This document shows positions 55,918 through 61,823 of a stretch of DNA of 61,823 bases, one piece after another. The notes beneath the pieces were generated by a model, which was not told where the DNA came from, made no database searches, and worked only from the letters and a program-made list of their open reading frames with translations. A program made the position numbers and the translations under genes. Position 1 is the stretch's first letter, and every line of letters begins with the position of its first letter. This stretch comes from an uncultured Pelagibacteraceae bacterium (GTDB lineage Bacteria > Pseudomonadota > Alphaproteobacteria > Pelagibacterales > AG-422-B15). The stretch lies in the NCBI GenBank assembly GCA_905182145.1, contig CAJJAN010000002.1:1-61823 (forward strand), in the 5' to 3' direction.

Positions 55918-57189
55918 ATGTTAAAAAGAATCTTATCTTTAACTGTTATTTTTTCATCACTATTTGTTACTTCCGCTTTTGCAGAAGTTTCAGAAGAAAC
56001 AGCGTATATTTTAAATAGTTTTTTATTTTTAGTATCAGGTTTCTTAGTGATGTTAATGGCACTTGGTTTTTGTCTATTAGAATCAGGCATGGTTACATCT
56101 AAAAGTGTTTCGGCAATCGCTGCCAAAAATATTGGCTTATACTCAATTTCTGGAATCATGTTCTGGTTAGTGGGCTATAATCTTGCATATGGTATTCCTG
56201 AAGGAGGCTATATTGGAAGCTTTACAACTTGGACTGATGGCTCAGCTCTTGCTGATGGTTATTCAGCCAGCTCGGATTGGTTTTTCCAGATGGTTTTCTG
56301 CGCTGCCACTGCTTCAATTGTTTCAGGAACTTTAGCTGAAAGAATAAAAATTTGGCCTTTCTTTTTGTTTGCAGCAATTTTAACTGGAATTATTTATCCA
56401 ATTGAAATGGGATGGCAATGGGGTGGCGGATGGTTATCTACTGCTGGCTTTTCTGACTTTGCAGGTTCAACATTAGTACATGGTGCTGGTGGGGCTGCCG
56501 CTCTAGCTGGTGCAATTGTATTAGGTCCAAGATTAGGCAGATATGATCAAGGTGGAAAACTAGTTCCATTTGCAAGTTCATCTATTCCTCTTGCAACCGC
56601 TGGAACTTTCTTACTTTGGTTTGGATGGTTTGGTTTTAATGGTGGTTCTCAATTAGCAATGGGTACATTTGACGATATAAATGCTGTTGGAACTATTTAT
56701 ATTAATACAAACCTTGCCGCTGCTGGTGGAGTAATGACTGCAGCTATAGTTACTAGATTATGGAAAGGTAAAACCGATATAATTATGATGTTGAACGGAG
56801 CCCTTGGAGGTCTAGTGGCAATTACCGCAGAACCTTTAGCACCAACTCCTGGGTTAGCAATCTTCATTGGTGCAGCAGGTGGTGTAGTTGTAGTTTTTGG
56901 AACATCACTACTTAATAGTCTTAAAATTGATGACGTCGTTGGCGCAATACCAGTACACTTATTTGCCGGTATATTAGGTACACTAGTTGTACCATTGTCC
57001 AATGGCGATACCAATTTTGGCGCACAATTTTTGGGTACAGCATCAATCGTTGCCTTTGTCTTTATTATTTCATTTGTAATCTGGACGGTTATGAAAATGA
57101 CAATAGGTATAAGGTTGAGTGATGAAGCTCAAAAAGAAGGTACAGATATTGTTGAGACAGGTGTAACTGCCTATTCAATAAGAGACTAA
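55918..57189 (+). CDS. amt: Ammonium transporter (Amt family), copy 1
   Basis: FFQMVF, SGTLAERIK, DFAGSTLVH, WFGWFGFNGGS, DDVVGAIPVH (twin His); signal peptide; GGAG SD. Confidence 0.96.
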   Translation: MLKRILSLTVIFSSLFVTSAFAEVSEETAYILNSFLFLVSGFLVMLMALGFCLLESGMVTSKSVSAIAAKNIGLYSISGIMFWLVGYNLAYGIPEGGYIGSFTTWTDGSALADGYSASSDWFFQMVFCAATASIVSGTLAERIKIWPFFLFAAILTGIIYPIEMGWQWGGGWLSTAGFSDFAGSTLVHGAGGAAALAGAIVLGPRLGRYDQGGKLVPFASSSIPLATAGTFLLWFGWFGFNGGSQLAMGTFDDINAVGTIYINTNLAAAGGVMTAAIVTRLWKGKTDIIMMLNGALGGLVAITAEPLAPTPGLAIFIGAAGGVVVVFGTSLLNSLKIDDVVGAIPVHLFAGILGTLVVPLSNGDTNFGAQFLGTASIVAFVFIISFVIWTVMKMTIGIRLSDEAQKEGTDIVETGVTAYSIRD

Positions 57190-57206
57190 TCCTTCCGTTA
57201 ATAAAA

Positions 57207-57248
57207 AGTAGGCCTCTAATACTCCCCTTAATTTTTTAGGGGCCTGCT
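57207..57248 (+). terminator. Hairpin after amt1 with ACUCCCC loop (terminator/attenuator or structured RNA)
   Basis: AGTAGGCCTCTAA pairs with TTAGGGGCCTGCT (13 bp, 2 G-U); loop TACTCCCCTTAATTTT; no U-tract directly after it. Confidence 0.6.
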
Positions 57249-57361
57249 AATTCCCAGAAACCTTAGGTTTTTTCTGTTTACGCCAACTTGGCAGTGTTAC
57301 TACATCCCAACCGACAATCTATACATATAATTTATCCTTAGAATTTAATAAGGGGAAAATT

Positions 57362-58642
57362 ATGATAAATCGAATTACTATTTTAACAGTATTAATATTA
57401 TCACTGTTCATGCCATCAGCTTTTGCAGAAGTTGATGCGGAAGTAGCTTATATATTTAATACATTTTCATTTTTAGTATGTGGCTTTTTAGTTATGTGGA
57501 TGGCAGCAGGTTTCTGTATGTTAGAATCTGGATTAGTTACAACTAGAAGTGTATCAACTATTGCTGCAAAAAATATTGGTAAGTTTGCAATTGTTTGTAT
57601 CGTCTTCTATTTAGTTGGATATAATTTAGGTTATGGAATTCCTGAAGGTGGATATATTGGAACACTTGAAATATGGTCTGATAAATCTTCTTTAGAAACA
57701 GGTTATTCTGATGCATCAGACTGGTTTTTCCAAGCTCTATTTGTATGTGCAACAGCTTCAATTGTTTCTGGTGCTGTAGCTGAAAGAATAAAAATTTGGC
57801 CTTTCTTTATTTTTTCTGCTGTCTTAGGTGGAGTTATTTATCCAATACAAATGGGATGGGAATGGGGCGGAGGCTGGTTGGACGTTTTAGGCTTTGCTGA
57901 CTTTGCCGGATCAACATTAGTACATGCATGCGGTGGTGCCGCGGCATTAGCTGGTGTTATATTATTGGGACCCCGTCTTGGAAGATTTTCAAATGATGGT
58001 AGTCCAGCGAATATGGAACCATTTGCTGCATCTTCAATTCCATTAGTTACTTTAGGAACATTTATTTTATGGATGGGTTGGTATGGATTTAATGGAGGCT
58101 CTCAATTAGCTCTTGGTTCTTTTGAAGACTCAACAGCTATGTCTAGAATTTTCATGAATACCCAATTAGCTGGTTGTGGAGGTTGTATAGCGGGTGCTGC
58201 AATTACAAGATTAGTTGGTGGAAAAACTGATATTATCATGATGCTAAATGGAGCTCTTGCAGGACTTGTGTCCATCACAGCAGAACCATTAATGCCTAGT
58301 CCATTAGCGGCAATTTTTATTGGTGCGATTGGTGGAGTAATTATGTATTTCGGTACTAATTTCTTAAACTCTTTGAGGCTAGATGATGTTGTTGGTGCAA
58401 TTCCAGTTCATATGTTTGCCGGAATTTGGGGCACTATGATAGTACCATTTTCTAATCCTGATGCTTCGTACTTTACACAATTTATTGGAGTTGCTTCAGT
58501 TATCAGCTTTGTATTTATCTCATCATATATTGTCATCTCAATTATAAAAAGGACTGTAGGATTGAGAATTAGTGAAGAGGCCGAAAAGATTGGAACGGAT
58601 AAAGCTGAAATTGGTGTAATTGCTTATTCTATAAGAGACTAA
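57362..58642 (+). CDS. amt: Ammonium transporter (Amt family), copy 2
   Basis: FFQALF, SGAVAERIK, DFAGSTLVH, WMGWYGFNGGS, DDVVGAIPVH; paralog of copy 1, same AYSIRD end. Confidence 0.96.
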   Translation: MINRITILTVLILSLFMPSAFAEVDAEVAYIFNTFSFLVCGFLVMWMAAGFCMLESGLVTTRSVSTIAAKNIGKFAIVCIVFYLVGYNLGYGIPEGGYIGTLEIWSDKSSLETGYSDASDWFFQALFVCATASIVSGAVAERIKIWPFFIFSAVLGGVIYPIQMGWEWGGGWLDVLGFADFAGSTLVHACGGAAALAGVILLGPRLGRFSNDGSPANMEPFAASSIPLVTLGTFILWMGWYGFNGGSQLALGSFEDSTAMSRIFMNTQLAGCGGCIAGAAITRLVGGKTDIIMMLNGALAGLVSITAEPLMPSPLAAIFIGAIGGVIMYFGTNFLNSLRLDDVVGAIPVHMFAGIWGTMIVPFSNPDASYFTQFIGVASVISFVFISSYIVISIIKRTVGLRISEEAEKIGTDKAEIGVIAYSIRD

Positions 58643-58663
58643 TTTATTATCTTAGTTCAGATT

Positions 58664-58705
58664 AATCGAGCTTACGAAACTCCCCTCGTAGGCTCGATTT
58701 TGTTT
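58664..58705 (+). terminator. Intrinsic terminator after amt2 with AACUCCCC loop
   Basis: AATCGAGCTTACGA / TCGTAGGCTCGATT 14-bp stem (1 G-U), loop AACTCCCC, followed by TTGTTT. Confidence 0.8.
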
Positions 58706-58741
58706 GGTAAATAAAATTTTTTACAGTAAAGTCTTCCGCTT

Positions 58742-59689
58742 ATGGAAGATCATAGTTCAAAGTTTAGTAAAAAAAAATCAGGTGTATTTTTTTTTAAGTC
58801 ATCAAGCCCATTTGAATTTTATCATATTCTTAATAATATTGACTTAGAGCCAAAAGAAAACATATATGGCTCTTTAATTTTTCCAGAAAATGCAAAACTT
58901 CCATGCCCTCTAGTAATTGCAATTCATGGCAGTGCTGGCTTAAGAGGGAATCATCATGACCACATTGTTAACCTGCTAGAAGCTGGAATTGCAGTATTTA
59001 GAATTCATAGTTTTGAAGCTAGAGGCTTGATCTCAATCGTTGAAAATCAAATGGCTGTAACATTAGCCACAATGATAACAGATGCATTTCGTGCTTTATC
59101 TTTAATGTCACAGCATCCAGATATTGATTCTAATAAAATTGGTATTGCGGGATGGAGCTTAGGTGGAAGCACAGCGTTTTACTCTGCATGGCAACCTATT
59201 ATAAATTCTCTTACTATCGATAACGAAAAATTTTCAGCTCATCTTCCACTCTACCCAGGTACTCACATTAAACCTGTTATTAATGAATGGTCTGATGCTC
59301 CTATGCATATTTTATGTGGAAAAGATGATGACTATACACCTACATCTTTAGTAGAGAATATTCTTGAATATATTAAACCTAAAAAATCTAATATCGATTT
59401 AACAGTTTACCCTGATGCACATCATTCATTTGATTCAATTGAGCCATTAGAGTTCATACCTTTTGCCATAAAACTCAAAGAACAGTTTGCAACTATCGAT
59501 AAAGAAGGGCATCTAAATTTTACTACTGATAAGAATGAGATTATCAATATTGATAGTAAGGAAGGTCGTATGAGATTATTGCAAGAAACGCCTAATATTC
59601 TTGGGGCGCATACAGGAGGCAACTGGGTTGCACGTAGACAATCACATAAAGACGTAGTTTCTTTTTTTAAGAAACATTTTTTAGCTTAA
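58742..59689 (+). CDS. Dienelactone hydrolase-like alpha/beta serine hydrolase
   Basis: IAIHGSAG, GWSLGG (GxSxG), GKDDDYTP (Asp), YPDAHHSFD (His). Confidence 0.82.
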   Translation: MEDHSSKFSKKKSGVFFFKSSSPFEFYHILNNIDLEPKENIYGSLIFPENAKLPCPLVIAIHGSAGLRGNHHDHIVNLLEAGIAVFRIHSFEARGLISIVENQMAVTLATMITDAFRALSLMSQHPDIDSNKIGIAGWSLGGSTAFYSAWQPIINSLTIDNEKFSAHLPLYPGTHIKPVINEWSDAPMHILCGKDDDYTPTSLVENILEYIKPKKSNIDLTVYPDAHHSFDSIEPLEFIPFAIKLKEQFATIDKEGHLNFTTDKNEIINIDSKEGRMRLLQETPNILGAHTGGNWVARRQSHKDVVSFFKKHFLA

Positions 59690-59711
59690 TAAATTATTTA
59701 TTTCTAATGAG

Positions 59712-59740
59712 TTGACTCTAATTTTTAGCAGTGCAATAAT
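59712..59740 (+). promoter_or_regulatory. Sigma70-type promoter of umuDC
   Basis: TTGACT (59712-17), 17-bp spacer, AATAAT (59735-40) preceded by TGn. Confidence 0.6.
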
Positions 59741-59742
59741 AA

Positions 59743-59757
59743 GAACAAATCAAGAAC
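59743..59757 (+). promoter_or_regulatory. Alphaproteobacterial LexA (SOS) box
   Basis: GAAC-AAATCAA-GAAC, exact GAAC-N7-GAAC, just downstream of the -10 and 17 bp before the umuD ATG. Confidence 0.85.
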
Positions 59758-59774
59758 ATAATCTAATTTATACA

Positions 59775-60167
59775 ATGAAATTAACGTTTTATAATGAGGG
59801 GGTCGAGTGTGGATTCCCTTCTCCAGCAAGAGACTATACAGAAGGATCTATAGATCTAAATGAAAAACTAATTCTACATCCGAATGCAACATTCATTGTA
59901 AGAGCCCGAGGCAAATCAATGATCAATGCAGGTATTTATCCTGGAGACTTAATCATAGTTGACCGAAGTATCAAGCCAACAAATGGTTCAGTTGTAGTCG
60001 CAGTACTAGATGGTGAACTTAGTATAAAAAGTTTAGAAATTAAAAAAGATAAAATTACATTACTGTCAGCTAATAAAGACTATTCCAGTGTCCATGTATC
60101 AGAAGAAATGGATTTAATCATTTGGGGTGTATGTATTCACTCTATTCATAAATTACATAATAATTAA
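59775..60167 (+). CDS. umuD: DNA polymerase V subunit UmuD (S24 autopeptidase)
   Basis: VEC|GFPSPA cleavage site, GKSMINAGI (Ser), LSIK (Lys); ATG 59775 preferred because the TTG at 59712 is the -35 element. Confidence 0.93.
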   Translation: MKLTFYNEGVECGFPSPARDYTEGSIDLNEKLILHPNATFIVRARGKSMINAGIYPGDLIIVDRSIKPTNGSVVVAVLDGELSIKSLEIKKDKITLLSANKDYSSVHVSEEMDLIIWGVCIHSIHKLHNN

Positions 60168-60168
60168 G

Positions 60169-61434
60169 ATGAAGAATAAAATTTTTGCATTAATTGATTG
60201 CAATGCTTTTTATGTATCATGTGAGCGAGTTTTTAATCCAAAATTAAATAATCGACCAGTTGTTGCTTTGTCAAATAATGATGGTTGTATAATTGCTAGA
60301 TCTAAAGAAGCAAAAGCGCTTGGTATAAAAATGGGTGTACCATTATTCAAAGTTAAAGATATTGTTAGAAAAGAAAAAGTTCATGTATTTTCATCTAACT
60401 ATACATTGTATGGAGATATGTCTCGAAGGGTGATGAATATCATTGCTGAATTTACTAATGATATTGAAATATATTCTATCGATGAGGCATTTATTGGCTT
60501 AGATGGAATCCCTGGAGATATTGTAGAATATGGTCATAAGATAAGGAAAACTATATTGCAGTATACAGGTATTCCTGTGAGTGTAGGAATTGCAAATACA
60601 AAAACGTTAGCAAAAGTAGCTAATCATATTGCAAAAGATAATGGGTCTTTTTCTGGTGTATGTTCTTTGCTTGAGTTGAAGAATATAGATAAACTTTTGC
60701 CTTCTATAGAAGTAGGAGAAGTATGGGGTGTGGGTAGACAACTTTCAAAAAAGTTAAATATGCATGGTATCTATAATATAAAACAACTTAAAGATACGGA
60801 TGATTTTAGAATCAGAAAAATGATGAGTATTAATGGACTTAAAACTGTAACAGAACTAAGGGGAATATCATGCTTACCATTAGAAGAAGTTCGTGCAACT
60901 AGAAAGAGTTGCTGTACCTCAAGATCATTTGGACAAAATTTAAAAGAATTAGATGATATTCAACAAGCAGTTGCAATATTTTCACGTAGAGCTGTTGAAC
61001 GGATTAGGGCTGAAAACTTACTTACATCATCTGTTTCAGTTTTTTTAAGAACTAGTCCATTCGATAAGAAAAATAAGTATTATTTTAACTCCTCTTCTAT
61101 TCATATATCCACACCCACTAACGATACAATCGAAATTGCGAAGATTGTATCGAGAATAACAAAGCAAATATTTAAACCTGGATATCTATATCAAAAAGCA
61201 GGAGTTTTATTGTCTGGTTTTTATCCAGAAGGTGAAGAACCAATAGATTTATTTTCACGGGATTCTAAAATAAGAGAAGATCTGATGAAAACCATAGATA
61301 AAATCAATACTAGGTTTGGTGGAGATACTATCCAAATTGCTTCTGAGCAACATTTAGGCACATGGGCTCAAAAAAAAGATAGATGCTCACCAAATTATAC
61401 AACAAATATTAATTCAGTATTAGTTGTAGATTGA
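60169..61434 (+). CDS. umuC: Y-family DNA polymerase V subunit UmuC
   Basis: [52 protein letters not shown]; ATG 60169 follows the umuD stop. Confidence 0.95.
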   Translation: MKNKIFALIDCNAFYVSCERVFNPKLNNRPVVALSNNDGCIIARSKEAKALGIKMGVPLFKVKDIVRKEKVHVFSSNYTLYGDMSRRVMNIIAEFTNDIEIYSIDEAFIGLDGIPGDIVEYGHKIRKTILQYTGIPVSVGIANTKTLAKVANHIAKDNGSFSGVCSLLELKNIDKLLPSIEVGEVWGVGRQLSKKLNMHGIYNIKQLKDTDDFRIRKMMSINGLKTVTELRGISCLPLEEVRATRKSCCTSRSFGQNLKELDDIQQAVAIFSRRAVERIRAENLLTSSVSVFLRTSPFDKKNKYYFNSSSIHISTPTNDTIEIAKIVSRITKQIFKPGYLYQKAGVLLSGFYPEGEEPIDLFSRDSKIREDLMKTIDKINTRFGGDTIQIASEQHLGTWAQKKDRCSPNYTTNINSVLVVD

Positions 61435-61504
61435 AAAATGAAGCATTGCTTGAGCTGGATGTATTTGCTAGCATAAATGGAGATTATTAATGGGAGTAAA
61501 AAAA

Positions 61505-61823
61505 ATGAAAAAAATAACGATAGCTACATTATTAAGTGTAGCAATGCTGACAACGACAGTTGTAGCTGAAAATATTAAGATGGGAGTAATCCTTGGTTTT
61601 ACAGGACCAATTGAATCACTAACACCAACAATGGCGGGTTCAGCTGAAATGGCTTTTAAAGAAGCTTCTGACTCTGGCAAATTATTAAATGGCTCAACAA
61701 TTGAAGTTGTAAGAGCAGACTCAACTTGTATTGATGCAGCAGCAGCTACTTCTGCAGCAGAACGTTTAATAACTTCAGATCGAGTTGCAGGAATTATGGG
61801 TGCTGATTGTTCAGGAGTAACAA
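61505..61823 (+). CDS. Branched-chain-amino-acid-type ABC transporter substrate-binding protein (3' truncated), absent from the ORF track
   Basis: Hand translation MKKITIATLLSVAMLTTTVVAENIKMGVILGFTGPIESLTP...RADSTCIDAAAA...IMGADCSGVT; signal peptide; GGGAG SD; open to the window end. Confidence 0.88.
   Translation, partial: MKKITIATLLSVAMLTTTVVAENIKMGVILGFTGPIESLTPTMAGSAEMAFKEASDSGKLLNGSTIEVVRADSTCIDAAAATSAAERLITSDRVAGIMGADCSGVT

Noticed and set aside
59712-61434. umuDC as cargo of a prophage, ICE or plasmid
   Set aside because: No integrase, att-like repeat, tRNA or visible compositional shift nearby, and it carries a host-type LexA box.

Overview
Very AT-rich, tightly packed chromosomal segment of a streamlined, probably marine alphaproteobacterium (SAR11-like composition; the exact lineage cannot be assigned from this window, and it encodes a PII protein). 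Bases 1-46,000 are mostly core genes: nusA-infB-rbfA-truB-rpsO-pnp-purF, fabA-fabB-fabI with divergent irr, a (6-4) photolyase-family gene, dut-coaBC-ubiB-ubiE/mutM-rpsT, dnaA-dnaN-recF-gyrB, regB-regA, polA, pckA/chvI-chvG-ahcY-tsaE-amgK-murU, a DsbA-family gene, hspQ and yciB. Embedded there is a divergent ferritin-like diiron enzyme / MMPL-RND transporter pair with two palindromes between them. Bases 46,000-61,823 are accessory: TauD dioxygenase, DMT transporter, lipoprotein alkyl sulfatase, a PPIase-like + HupE/UreJ + Cys-rich DUF3604 metallohydrolase triad, a membrane-anchored DJ-1 protein, PII divergent from two tandem ammonium transporters, a serine hydrolase, LexA-boxed umuDC and the start of an ABC substrate-binding protein. 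The strongest candidates for undescribed biology are: (1) hairpins after both amt genes that share an anti-Shine-Dalgarno ACUCCCC loop, one of them complementary to the amt2 ribosome-binding site, next to a PII carrying Glu49; (2) the DUF3604/HupE/PPIase triad; (3) the diiron/MMPL pair with a ~115-aa transporter insertion. I saw no rRNA, tRNA, CRISPR array, integrase or transposase. All family calls come from motif recognition by eye; no database searches were run.
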